The notes below the pieces were generated by a model. The model searched no databases. It had not been told where the DNA came from and was given only the letters and a program-made list of their open reading frames with translations. A stretch of 64,000 nt of DNA from Guillardia theta CCMP2712 (lineage: Eukaryota; Protista; Cryptophyta), in the NCBI RefSeq assembly GCF_000315625.1, contig NW_005434608.1:185353-249352 (forward strand), read 5' to 3'. The number at the start of each line of letters is the position of its first letter. The first letter of the stretch is position 1. This document shows positions 33,752 to 45,844 of this stretch, piece after piece. A program made the position numbers and the translations under genes.

Positions 33752-35509
33752 TCACGCGAACTCGAGCCGGTATGTCACTTGCCGTTGAGCAAAGGTGTGG
33801 AAATGCTTCCTGATGATACCATAGGGTGTGAACACGTTCCTTGCAAACACGATCTGGACGAGGTATCCGGGGATGGAGTTGATCATGTCTCGGATATCCA
33901 TCATAGTGAAGAACACCTGGAGCATCTGTCGCTCGATAGCGCAGATGATATCACCAGACTTGAGAACCCCTTGCAAGCTAGCTGGCCCTCCGGCAACAAC
34001 TCCGGATATGATGAACTCCCCGATCGCCGACCTCTCGAGCACGACCCCGATCTCTGGAAGGTAGAACTTCCCATTCGCCGGGCCTTGGATTCTGTACGCC
34101 ACTTGAGGGACTGGCATGACTGGGTGGAGCAGGTTTCGATCCCGGTGACTCGAGTAGTTGTACTTTGCCCAGCTGCCCGACCCAACGGGCTGACCGTCGT
34201 TGGATCTCTTGAGCTCGTTGAGGTGCTGAATGGCTCGCAAGAGCGGGAGGTTCTGCCCCGCGTCGTTGACTGACAGCCCGATATTCATGGAGGGCTGTAG
34301 GTTGTAGAGTGCCATGTTGGGCACGCGATGTGACTTCTCGCTGGGAGCTCGGTGTTTTTGATCTCTCGCATCCTGGTCGGACTTGAACAGTTGCACTTTT
34401 GCGCTGGGGCTTGCAATGTCAGAGCTGACTGGACCTTCGTCACTTTGCAGGAACGTCTTGTTTTTGAAGATCCCGTCCAATGAGAAGAGGCGTTCCTCAA
34501 TCCTCGAAGGTGACACGGGACTTTGTTTGTAGGTTCCCGACGAGCTGATTAGTGATACGTACGATTTCACAAAGGTCGCTGAGATTTGATGACTCTGCTG
34601 CTGCTGCTGCCCTTCTTCTGGTACTGGGTCCCTGCCAATAACCTGCTGTGAGCAAGACAAGGCATTCACAGTCTGCCAACTCTTACATCGCTCTCGACTC
34701 TTCTCTCACGACTTCTGATTTCATTGGGCTTGTAAACGACTCGTCCGTGTCCCCATCGTCGCTTTCCACCAACGACTCATTCGCAAACTCTTGGGACTTT
34801 TCCAAGTAACTCTCTTGAAAATCTGCAGTGATGCTTCCAGCATCCAAAGTGGATCCCTGGGTGTCACTTGTCTTCAAGTAGCTCAGTTGAAGGCTTAGCT
34901 CTGCACAGTAAAATTTCAGCGAGGGATTGACGATCGTTCGTAGAGTGAGGAGCGGTCAAGTACGGGTTCATACCTGGTACGCCGGACTGCCTTACCGAGC
35001 TCTGTTGGATTGAAAATCGAGAAAGTCATTTCGATCCTTCGAGTCATCGGAATAGCGCATACCTGCTGGAGACTGTCACCACATGATGTACTCTGATCCT
35101 GAATCTGAAGTGGTCTGGTTGTGATAGAAAGGAAAAGTAAGTTTGACGTGAAGAAATTCTAGGTTTCAAGAGATGAAAATTACATTTCTGGAAGCTCTTG
35201 TTCAGGTGCCTTGCGCTCTTTCTTGACAACATGTGTAATCTGATTGATTGTTTGCTTGTCTTGATGTCCCTCCCTTTCTACCCATCCTCGTCGCTTTGCT
35301 TGAACCATTCCAACTGTGCTCAACGCCTCTACTTCCCGTCTTCGTTGGTCAGCAGTTGTCCAGGGTTGCATGAAAACTTTTCTGAAGCTCTGGGCGGGTG
35401 GATATCCTGATGATGGGCTCCAACTTGTATCTGTCGAGCTAGAAGTGTTCTGAGACTTCGGGCTGGTTGATCCATCCTTGGACAGATTATGCGCATTTGA
35501 ATACGACAT
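33752..35509 (-). CDS. Protein with C-terminal PDZ domain and Ser-rich N-terminus (multi-exon, 5' end uncertain)
   Basis: EIGVVLERSAIGEFIISGVVAGGPASLQGVLKSGDIICAIERQML...IRDMINSIPGYLVQIVFAR. Confidence 0.72.
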
Positions 35510-36049
35510 ACCTGGGTAAGGTATCAATCGAAATGATCACATCTAAAGAGCCAATAAGATCTGATGCTGTCTTGCATTGAGTGTGGAAACTTTGAAGAAC
35601 TAACAAACACCAGCAGGCTTAAATACGAACTCTAAAATGAAGGGACAGAGACAATACAGTACAGCCATAAATGGCTGTTCGGCATGGAAGAATCATCGCT
35701 CTTAAACATTGAACAGATGTCAGTTGCCACTTTGTGTCATTGTGAGAGGCAAGATAGATATCAAGCATGAGTATGAAACTTTCATCGTTCTATCATGAGA
35801 TAGGCAAGCTAGATATGAAGTATGAATATGAATATTTCTTCTTTCCATGATTGGCGACGAAAGCTAGGTTGGAATCATGAAGATTAAACTTTCTCCTGTT
35901 CATGCTCTGACAGAAAGCGAGTTGCAATGCAGCGGCTCCGGTCCTTTCTCTCGCTGCCATGTCGTGACTGCAACCGCGCGGCTGCTTCCCCATGGCGCGG
36001 CGATCGGATGTGGCTTATACCTTTGAATTTCACTCAACCTTTCACAGAC

Positions 36050-36500
36050 TACCGCCCGTACCCCCCACCCCCTCCTTGCCTACTAGGGAACCAATTGCTG
36101 ATGACGAAGCTTCACTACCCCCACCCCCTTGTCTCATATTGATTATGACCCTTCCCGCCGTACTCGTAGTAACCGACCAGCACCAACCAATGACCCTACC
36201 CCCCGCCACCTCCAGTGGGTAGTCATTTTGGCGGTGATAAGTAAAGATTTGTACTAGGCTGCATCTGCAAATCCGATCGCCCTTGACCGTCCGACGTGAC
36301 CGGCGGCCCGGGCCGCCGAATCGCAGAAGCCAGTCCGACCGGCAGCGAGTAACTGAGAGGGATGACGATGACGATCTCCGAGCTCGCTCAGTCAGCCAGC
36401 AGTGCCAGGGCGGCCGATCATATGATCGTACGGTAGGACAATCGGCGAGCCCAGTGGCGTCACTGGAAGTTGAACTCGGAAGCAACCACTGAGTACTGAG
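36050..36500 (-). repeat. Composite intergenic element, short copy in reverse orientation
   Basis: CTACCCC-rich 36050-36220 followed by a ccggcggcccgggccgccg core and TGAC/GTCA-rich words. Confidence 0.5.
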
Positions 36501-36839
36501 TAGTGCAGGCTCGGTGGGTCCTGCCATCTGGCGCTCCTGGCATGCCGCAGTGCTCAGCGGCTGAGCTTGTTGTTATGAGAGCTCAACCTGTGCCGCATGC
36601 TCAGCAGCTACTCAGTGGACAACTGGATTTAAAGCTTCTCAAGGATCATATAAAGCAATGGCATTATTCATTCATGTTCCAATAAGTAATATACTGTGAC
36701 AGCGGCATCAGTCAGTGAGTCAGGATCAGCAGTGCATCATTGACATCATCTCAGTCTGAACGGCTTGAAGGCAACAAGCTACTAGGCTACCCCGGGGCTC
36801 CTTCACCAGTTTAGGCAGATAATGCGGAGGCGCGTGCGG

Positions 36840-37664
36840 TCAGCTTGTGCAAGCATAAGAAACCTTGAAGCTCTTCAGAATGCCCTCCCTTCCAGCTGCC
36901 CCACCAACCAAAACGGTCTGAGTCTCTTCCAGCTCTGTCTTTGGCTCCAAGTCCTGCGCGCACAATGATCGTGCGTTGTCGGCAGCGCCTGAATCTCTCA
37001 TGCTGGCAGCCGCTCCCACAACGACGCTGCCTGACAGGCTGTCGTGCTGCTGGGCAGCAGGGAAAGGCCTCCATGACGGGTCCACGGCAGTGTTGAGGTT
37101 CTGTTGTCGCAGGATCTCAGCCTTGGTGTGGAACCACATGTCTTCAGAGCTCAGCTTGTGCTGGCCAATGACGATGGCCGTGCTGCTGCCTTGAGCTGCG
37201 TCTTGAGCCCCGAAGCCCGTCACGCAGCTTGACACCGGCGACGACGCAAGCGGGTCCATCCCATCAGCCCCCCCTCCCCTCCAGGCGCCCTCCGACAGCA
37301 TCTTCTCCTCCGACAGCATCTCGTCGTGCAGGGCCTTCCAGTACCTGTGGTAGACCCCGCTGGAGTGCGACTCGACGACATGCCTGGTGGCTCTGTTGTC
37401 GAAGGTGATGGGGTTGGGCAGCCTCTGCCCGATGTGCTTGGGAGCTCTCTCCGCCAGCATGTCGCCCGTCAAGGGGCAGTACTTGCAGAGGATGACCTGC
37501 TTGCCGCACTGGCACTGGCCGACCTGGGCGAAATGCTCCATGGCGAGGGAGATCTCTCGGTCGGTGTGTTTACCGAGGACGAGCTTGCAGATGCTGGGGG
37601 TGATGGGGTTGGACGAGAGCCACCTGGAGGGACCATGTCGGCACTTGCAGAGCGAGTTTGGCAT
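36840..37664 (-). CDS. Copy A of a duplicated Cys/His-rich (zinc-finger-like) ORF
   Basis: 274-aa ORF with CQCGKQVILCKYCP...HVVESHSSGVYHRYW, near-identical to 39562-40011. Confidence 0.5.
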   Translation of the reverse strand: MPNSLCKCRHGPSRWLSSNPITPSICKLVLGKHTDREISLAMEHFAQVGQCQCGKQVILCKYCPLTGDMLAERAPKHIGQRLPNPITFDNRATRHVVESHSSGVYHRYWKALHDEMLSEEKMLSEGAWRGGGADGMDPLASSPVSSCVTGFGAQDAAQGSSTAIVIGQHKLSSEDMWFHTKAEILRQQNLNTAVDPSWRPFPAAQQHDSLSGSVVVGAAASMRDSGAADNARSLCAQDLEPKTELEETQTVLVGGAAGREGILKSFKVSYACTS

Positions 37665-37939
37665 TGAAACAGACTAAGAGGCCTTGTTTACCGGACGTAT
37701 CGCTCCGCAGCACCCTCTTCCGCAAGACCCCCTCCAACCCCTTGCTCAAGGGCGGTAGGGTACTAGCTAGTCAGATGTCGCTGACTGTACCTCGTCTGGC
37801 AGTCCCCGGCTTCCGGCACGGTAAGTTTTTGAACACCAGGCAACCGTCTTGTCACATCAAATGTAACGAACGAGGTTCATTATGTTCCGAATGTTCTCAA
37901 CCGCCAAGCATCACATATTATTAGTGTCAACGGCCTTCA

Positions 37940-38990
37940 GCCAACAAGCTACCAGAGTCCCGGGCCTCCTACATCCGCTTCCTTATCTGCGGCCGCCTGA
38001 CTCGCCAGTCGGATCCCCTGAGCAGATCCTCGTCATTGTGACGTATCGGTCGCACATCAGTGCAGCGCCCAGGCATCTCCGGGCGATCTACCGTGGTGCG
38101 AGCTAGCAGGAATCTGGGGTGCGAGCTAGCAGGAATCTCCGCTTGTTGTGCAGGCGTGAGGAACCTTGACTTGAAGCTCCTCAGCATGTCAGCTCAAGCG
38201 GGGCGTCTGCGGCGCCTGACTCTTCAAAGGCTACGCTGCCCGACAGACTGTCGTGCTGTCGCCGAGTCGTGCGTCGAGGGTTTTTGTCGCAGGATCTCAG
38301 CCTTGATCTGGAACCATTTGAGCTCTGTGGAAACGAGTTCAAGTCTTGACAGGAAGATGGCATTTTTTTAGCACAAGTGGGCTCGACAATCTTAAAGGAT
38401 CGTCGACGACTTCTTGAGGTGGTCCTTGCTCTGCACGGCTATGAACCGATATTGTGTTTGTGTTGCTTCTCAATACAAAAAATCATATCTTTTCTCTTCA
38501 CTTTCGTGTGATTCAGCGGTAGTACCTTGAGCATTCGCTGTCGACGTCTGCACCCTGCAAAGCTTCGGGGGGTGGCAGTAAGCTGCTGCCTTGAGCTGCG
38601 TCTTGAGCCCCGAAGCCCGTCACGCAGCTTGACACCGGCGACGACGCAAGCGGGTCCATCCCATCAGCCCCCCCTCCCCTCCAGGCGCCCTCCGACAGCA
38701 CCTTCTCCTCCGACAGCATCTCGTCGTGCAGGCCCTTCCAATACCTGTGGTAGACCCCGCTGGAGTGCGACTCGACGACATGCCTGGTGGCTCTGTTGTC
38801 GAAGGTGATGGCACCTGGAGGGCTTGCAGAGCGAGTTGGGCGTGACGACAAACTAAGAGGGCTGGTTTACCGGACGTATTGACCCTGATGATTTTAACCA
38901 AAAAAAAAACAAGTTTGACTATTAATAATTGCCGCTCCGCAGCACCCTCTTCCGCAAGACCCCCTCCAACCCCTTGCATGAGGACGGTAC
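37940..38990 (-). pseudogene. Copy B, internally deleted and partly diverged
   Basis: 38582-38811 is near-identical to 37182-37411, and 38934-38977 matches 37701-37745. 38150-38330 is a diverged, frameshifted version of the WFHTKAEILRQ...QHDSLSGSV segment. Confidence 0.6.
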
Positions 38991-39379
38991 TCCACTAGTC
39001 AAGGCTGTCAGTAGTAAACTTGGGTTCTGAAATCCTGATCTTTTTTTGCCTCTTGTCGCTGACTCAACACGTTCACTCGCGCGCTCCGAGGCTCGCCTCA
39101 GAGAGTTCAGTACCAGGAGGACCGAACGAGGCAGAGGGTCGTATGGGGGTAGGGGCTATCTGTCACGGTCGGGGTTTACCGGCTGACCAACTGAGCAACT
39201 CTTATCCTCCCAGTTTACCACTCCGGTGAGCTCGTACAATAGCGCATGGTGTAAATGTGAGCGCTAGGAGGTCCATGGGGGGTCCTAGGAAATGGTCCTA
39301 GGGGGCCAACAAAGTCGCTTCATCGTTTGAAGTTGGTTCAGCCCTCGACTCAAAGGATCCAGTCCCCATCTCAACTTGT

Positions 39380-40402
39380 TTGAAAACTTGCACGTTCCTT
39401 CACTCTATCACTTGTGAAAATTCCATAGGGAAATCAGCTTGTAGAATTTCCTCAACCCTACTCACAAGCAATCTGCCAACCCAACTCTCATCCGATCGAA
39501 CAATTCATCTCTTTCCCTGCTATCCTGCAATGCCCCGTTCACGACACCACTCACAACTCATCAACTCGCTCTGCAAGTGCCGGCATGGTCCCTCCAGGTG
39601 GCTCTCGTCCAACCCCATCACCCCCAGCGTCTGCAAGCTCGTCCTCGGTAAACACACCGACCGAGAGATCTCCCTCGCCATGGAGCATTTCGCCCAGGTC
39701 GGCCAGTGCCAGTGCGGCAAGCAGGTCATCCTCTGCAAGTACTGCCCCTTGACGGGCGACATGCTGGCGGAGAGCGCTCCCAAGCACATCGGGCAGAGGC
39801 TGCCCAACCCCATCACCTTCGACAACAGAGCCACCAGGCATGTCGTCGAGTCGCACTCCAGCGGGGTCTACCACAGGTACTGGAAGGGCCTGCACGACGA
39901 GATGCTGTCGGAGGAGAAGATGCTGTCGGAGGGCGCCTGGAGGGGAGGGGGGGCTGATGGGATGGACCCGCTTGCGTCGTCGCCGGTGTCAAGCTGCGTG
40001 ACGGGCTTCGGGAGCTTCGAGACGGAGTCATCTGAAACCGACGAGTCACTGCAGAAGGACGAGCTTCTGCACTTCCTCAACAGCCCCAGAGACACAAGTC
40101 TTGACCAGCTCGACGATGCCGGGTATGCAATCGAAGAAGCTGGGTGTGCAGGCTCTATGGAGAGTCGAGAGTCTCAGGAGCTGGACAGGCAGGAGGGTCG
40201 AGCGCCGACTCAAAGCTCACCCGCCCGGGGCTCCGAGGGATCGTGCGGCAATGACCTGTGCACGGCCAACGTCATTGGACAGCACAAGCTGAGCGCTGAA
40301 GACATGTGGTTCCACACCAAGGCTGAGATCCTGCGACAACAGAACCTCAACACTGCCGTGGACGCGTCATGGAGGCCTTTCCCTGCTGCCCAGCAGCAGT
40401 GA
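39380..40402 (+). CDS. Copy C (inverted), the longest member, followed by disrupted ORF fragments to about 41400
   Basis: Shares the zinc-finger-like block and the HKLSxEDMWFHTKAEILRQQNLNTAVD block with copy A, and has a unique acidic spacer at 40012-40260. Start codon uncertain. Confidence 0.5.
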   Translation: MKTCTFLHSITCENSIGKSACRISSTLLTSNLPTQLSSDRTIHLFPCYPAMPRSRHHSQLINSLCKCRHGPSRWLSSNPITPSVCKLVLGKHTDREISLAMEHFAQVGQCQCGKQVILCKYCPLTGDMLAESAPKHIGQRLPNPITFDNRATRHVVESHSSGVYHRYWKGLHDEMLSEEKMLSEGAWRGGGADGMDPLASSPVSSCVTGFGSFETESSETDESLQKDELLHFLNSPRDTSLDQLDDAGYAIEEAGCAGSMESRESQELDRQEGRAPTQSSPARGSEGSCGNDLCTANVIGQHKLSAEDMWFHTKAEILRQQNLNTAVDASWRPFPAAQQQ

Positions 40403-42270
40403 AAAAGTTTCAAAGGGGAGCAAGTAATGCCGCCAGATTAGCATAGGAGCATGCTGCAGGCTCGAGATTGTGCTTTGAAACACATGAGATATTTCATTCA
40501 TTTCACACCCTTCCCATGTTAATACGAGAAATTTAGGGCTCATGTGTGTATACGGAAGGCAAGCGAGATGATCTACGAAGAACTGATTAAATCAGATCGA
40601 GACAATGCTATAGTGTTATTGAGTGAAAAGCAATCAGCCTTGCATTCTCGGTTCGAACATGTAGCATGCCGGTCGAAGCAGGGATAATTTTTGAGGGTAT
40701 TGCACATGATATCCTCAAAGTAGGAGGGAATTATACTTTGGCATGCCTTGGGACGGAACGAGGAGGAGACGTGGGCAACAGGACATTGGTATCTGTTGGG
40801 GTGCTGCCATATTACGAGTTTTTTACCAGATCCAATGAGATCAAGCAGTGGCAGATCCCAGACCGTACATATTGCAAGCCATTGACGAATAACTTTCCTT
40901 GCATTGATTCGCTGCAAAGAAGTCAGAGCTTCTCGGGGAGGAAATCAGGAAACACCAGCAAGACGGAAATTATGAAGTATAGGATGTCCTTGTCAAAGGC
41001 GGACGCTGAACAGGTAGGGAATCCGAGGAGAGCAATACCATAGTGTCAGGATGCGAATCTCCTGTTATGTTCTAATCTCGGTCTAAAGCTCGTTGGAAGG
41101 AAAGTAAAAACAAAGAAGAGTTATCAAAGTTGTCTTGCTGACTACAGAAGTCCTGTCTTGGTGTCTTCAACACATGCATGGGACTAAATACAATTGTATT
41201 TCAATGTTCAGTTTGTACGATACTGTGATGGCGGATTGGCATTCAGCAGCAGGCTGTTGCAGTCGAGTCGCCTCAGAGAATCATGCAGGTAGAAGAAACC
41301 CAAGGCAACAGTACAATCGTTGCCCCTCCTTCTCGGAAAAAGATGTAGAACTCATTCTCACCAAATGGGCCCATGTTTGAAATTCATTTTGAAGTTCAAG
41401 TATCTAACATTGAAGGTGCGTAGCTTAATTCTGCGTGCTCGCCTGTTTCGTGTTAAGTCAGTCCTGATATGTCCCTCACCGAGGCACAAGTCTTGATCAA
41501 CCCGTCGAACCTCCAAGTCTCCAGGCCTTGAACACAACCGGTGAACAGCAAAACTCGACGTAACGAACGAGTCCGAGTCAGAAAGCTTCTGCACTCAGCG
41601 TCTCTTGGTCTTCACGACAGGTCGATCAAGTTGAATGATGGTAACCTTCTCGGCCTCGCCGTCTAACTTTTGGCCGTTCAAGCTAAGCTACGGTATGTCG
41701 TGGTTGCCAGATACTTCCATATATTTTGCGCCTTCCAACGTGCTAATAGCGATCAAGGGGACTCAGCAGTAGTAGCGGAACCGGGAACCGGTTAGAATCG
41801 CACATAGTCGGTCAGCATCAGCACGCAGAAAACCTACCGCACTACATATCGCATATTCGCCAGCCAGTGATCCTTTTCTTCGGCCCTCGGTTCAAGAGCT
41901 TTATAGCTTACCATTGCGCTTACCACATCAGGCTCGCTTTTCAAGTTGAAACGCATCTCGCCAAGTTTTTGAACCGTGCCGCAAGAGTCGCTTTTCGAGG
42001 CGAGTCGCCTGATATTTACCGGCAGGCCCGAAATGACCACTGATTTGGCCCGAGCAAGAAAGAGACCACGAGGTCCATCATAGTGACCGCGTCAACAGCG
42101 TCGGAAGAAGCTTCGTCGTCCATCATAGTATCAGTATCCGATAGTACCGAACCAGTCAGTGCACCGAGTCGGAGCAAGCAAGTGGCCGCCGGGCCCGCCG
42201 GGCCGGGGCCCGGCGGCAATTGGCCGTTACGAGATTGTAACTTCCTCTAAAAAAAAGCCGCGCGCCCGCC

Positions 42271-45200
42271 ATGTCCGGGAGGGCAGGGGAAAAGTTCGCG
42301 GAGGGCGACTATGACGGATGCATGGCAGGTGAGAAGATTCGAGGAGAAGAGGATGATGACCTAGAAGATATGCTTGCTTGTGACGTGCTCAGATGAGATC
42401 GAATGTACAGGATAGGAAAGATCGTGCCTGACATGTTGATTGTTGTTTCACGGTGGGGAGGGGGGGCGGGGAAATGCCATTGAAGATGTGATGAGCTTGA
42501 AAGAGGCAGTGCTCTATGGAAGTTGAGATAAATGGTTTTGTATGAAAATGATCGTTCTCCTCGATTGTTGCGATGTGATGCTGGCAAGGAAACAGCATGC
42601 AGCAATGAAAGATGACTGTACAGATGTCGTTGTGCACTATGGGCATGATTGGTAGAAGTTGACAGCAGAGCTGTTAGCATGAGACACGTGGTAGAGACAG
42701 ATACCATAGGTGATGAGGAGAGACAAAGAGTCGAGGAAGAATAGAAGGATGAATCCATGATGATAATGACGCGATGGCGGATCCTGACCGTGACGTGACA
42801 CCCATTGCAGAGTTGGACAATGTAAGAGCCACGAAATCGTCAGACTTCAAGGTACTTGTGGGATTCTACAAGACAATTCATTCTCTTTGACGCTGGTGAA
42901 GGTGTTACACAACATGGAAGTTTGCCTGGGATACAAGAATTCCTTTGCCAATCCCAAGGAACTCCTTGCAAAACTTCAGTCGCTCAAGGCCGACGTCGAC
43001 CTGAAACGAAACGAAGGCGGCGAGAATGAAGACTTTGCTTTTGATGATGTAACACACCTACTTCTTGGTCGCCGAGTCTACATCGATCGTTTTGAGCCCT
43101 GCATTTTTAGGTTGATACAGCCATGCTCAACTGCAACATTGCTGTCCTTGCGCTTCAACTAAGAAAATACGCCACTGCAACGGAAGCTCTGGACAGGCTC
43201 TTCAGGTCTCCCCTTGTTGTAGGATTTCCGGTGTGTGTTGATGGTTCCTTGTTTCGATTCAGGAACATTGAACCTCTGGATGAACTCCTTGCCGCGAGAA
43301 TCTGTATGATGCTTCTTGATTCTCTGTCTGTACAGAGACTGCCCGAGAAGGCTGCTCAGGTTTGTGTCAAGGGCTAGGCTGTGCATCATCTGAAGATACA
43401 TGGTAGGTCTTGAACTTTCTGGAAAAGACCATCCTAGCTCTGTTTGCTTCAAAAGCAAGTGTCGACCCCTCAAACAGTTCCCAAGATTCGAACACCGCAA
43501 GCTCCAAAACAGATGGCCTTGGAGAATTTCAGAAGTATGGTTTTGTCTCTCTTCCTCAGCTTAAGATCTTGCTGTCTATCTACAAAGCAAAACATTACCT
43601 CTTCCATGGCAACGCGAAAGCAGCCAAGAGGGAGATCAAGGCTGCCATTGCGGGGAGCCAGCCTGCTGAGTTGGCATCGCCTCTGATGTTAAAAGCTCAT
43701 TTGGAGTATTTGAGGGGAAACTTCAGAAAGGCACAGAAGCTCTTGTGCTCAAGCTCTCTGAGCGATCAGCCTTTCCGAGCTTTTCAACTAAACAACATGG
43801 GCTGTCTACATTATCGCTCCAGAAAGTATGGTATTGCAGCAATGTACTTCCGTAGATCGATACAGGAGCTGTCCAAAGTACGAACCTCCAAATTTTTGTC
43901 AGGGCTGATGAGTACTGCAGGGCAATGAACAGACTGAGAGGTCCAAGATGGAGGCAATCTGCTGTGTCAAACGTGAGGAAGTTCTGTATAACCTAGGCCT
44001 TCAAAATCTTCTTTTGGGAAGGTATAGATTCTGTTACTCTCTCACGAGACATCTGAATCTTTGGTTTGACCAGACCGGAAGCCGCATTCTCTTGTTTGAG
44101 AGAAGCTTCCCGTTTGCTGTACAATCGTCCAAGACTATGGATCCGTCTGTCAGAGTGCTGCATCGCCCGCCATCATATCTGCACCCGCCAGGTAACGAGG
44201 GCTCTGATGAACTCTGGGGCCGGGACTGAGCTTGTCACAGAGTGACTCCCGGCAGTCCTCCGACTTGATCAAAAGTGTGAGCGGGAAAGGCTCAAGGAGG
44301 AGGGTCCTTGTCCCTATCGGGCTAGCTTCCCTCCGCAGTAGGTGCCTACAGTGTGGACCACCGGACGGTTCCGCGAAAGACGAAAACGGAGAGCAAGGAC
44401 CAGGAAATGGAAACGACACGGCTCAACCGTCGAACGAGCATTCCACTGCAACGGGCATTGAAGGCCAGATGACCATGTCGTACGCTCTCCAGTGCCTGCA
44501 GAATGCCTTCTTCTTGATATCGCGAGAAGCGGTTGGCTTTCCTTTGCTCCCTCCTTCTCGTGCCTCTGATCCTCCTTGCCAGCCCGCGATGTTTGGGAGC
44601 TCATGGGGATCTGCGGGATCTCAGCAGGTACGTCGAGTGAGTCGAATCGTCTTCGGGTTGTGAAGGTCGCTCTAGGCTGGAAACCCCAGCGCCTCCAACG
44701 ACGATGTCGATGGCGACCATTCGAACGGGAACGGGTCGAGCTCGGCGGGGAAAGACACGGACGAGCAGCAGGCTGGTGTAACGAATCGGTAACGAGCAAT
44801 GATGCGCATGGCTGCCTCTTTGACATGGTGGGTAGGGAACACTCGGTCAACGAGAGGTGGACCCTGAGACAGGTGTGTACTGGGGTGAGGAGCTGGGGTT
44901 TGTGCGTTACGTTCTCGATAGGCTATCCTGTGTAAGATGGCGTATGTTCACCTGTGCCTCGACAATCCTCTCATGTCATTGAAAGCGGTGATGAGTTCCC
45001 TCATCAATGGTAACCTCCCACGTTGCTGACGCAGATGCAGGTCAACGAGCTGCTGGCAAATGAGAGCCAGTGCCGACCAGAGTACTCCTACTCGGCTCGC
45101 ATGTACGGCACAGAAGCTCTCTGCTTACTGGAGAAGTCGGAAGAAGCCGTTAATATGCTCGAGCCGCTCATCCAGAAGGACTTGTTCGCAGGTACAAACT

Positions 45201-45767
45201 CCTCCCCTTCCCCTTCCCTTCCCTCTCCTGCACCGCCCTCCCTCCATCCGTATCCGCTAAACTTGCTCTAGCCGACGTGATCAGTGGATGCGGTCACGGA
45301 CAGTCGCCGGCGCGGCGATGCGGCTTGTCACACATGAGCGAAGCTTCAGGTTTGCCTCCTCAGTCATGCACAGCTCCAACTTAGCTGCATGCAGGCATGG
45401 TGGAAACGGCGGCTGCTCGCAGTGCTCTGCATATCAACCTAGCGGCCATCTGCGTGATGCAGGAGAAGCTCAATGAGGCCCATCAGCACGTGCGGGTAAG
45501 GAAGCGACGCCATGCCAGTAGGTCCTGTGCTTGGCTAATGTCGATGCAGATTGCGCTCAACGAGTCTCCTACATGTCCTGCAGGCCTCATGATAGCAGTG
45601 TACCTGGAGATCCGGAAAGGTACAGCAAGATGTTCAGGCTGATGCTCCTCCTCCTGGCCTATCACCCCTCTCCTCCTTGTCATGCTTCAGTTCTCACTTC
45701 CTCTCCCCCAGGCAACACGGCAGCCGCCTTGAACATTCTCAAGCACCAACGACTCATGGCCTCTTGA
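42271..45767 (+). CDS. CNOT10: CCR4-NOT complex subunit 10
   Basis: FAEGDYDGCMAELDNV...DFK|VLHNMEV, MLNCNIAVLALQLRKY, LFRNIEPLDELLAARICMMLLD, LSIYKAK...KAAKREIK, LMLKAHLEYLRGNFRKAQKLL, LNNMGCLHY, EVLYNLGLQ, RPRLWIRLSECCI, MTMSYALQCLQNA, ILCKMAYVHLCLDNP, MYGTEALCLL, LHINLAA, AVYLEIRKGNTAAALNILK. Confidence 0.93.
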
Positions 45768-45844
45768 CAACTTTAGATCTTTGGTTCTTGACTCCTCTTG
45801 GTCTCCTCCTGTCTCATTATCCCCTTCCCCTGAGTCTCCGAGTG

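Noticed and set aside
41135-41380. Possible Ulp1-type protease remnant
   Set aside because: Only a vague resemblance. No His-Trp, Asp or QxxxxDCG catalytic motifs were found.
42329-42810. Box C/D snoRNA candidates in the 482-nt CNOT10 intron 1
   Set aside because: RTGATGA words are common in this GAT-rich intron. One CTGA is the likely branch point, and I saw no terminal stem or rRNA guide.
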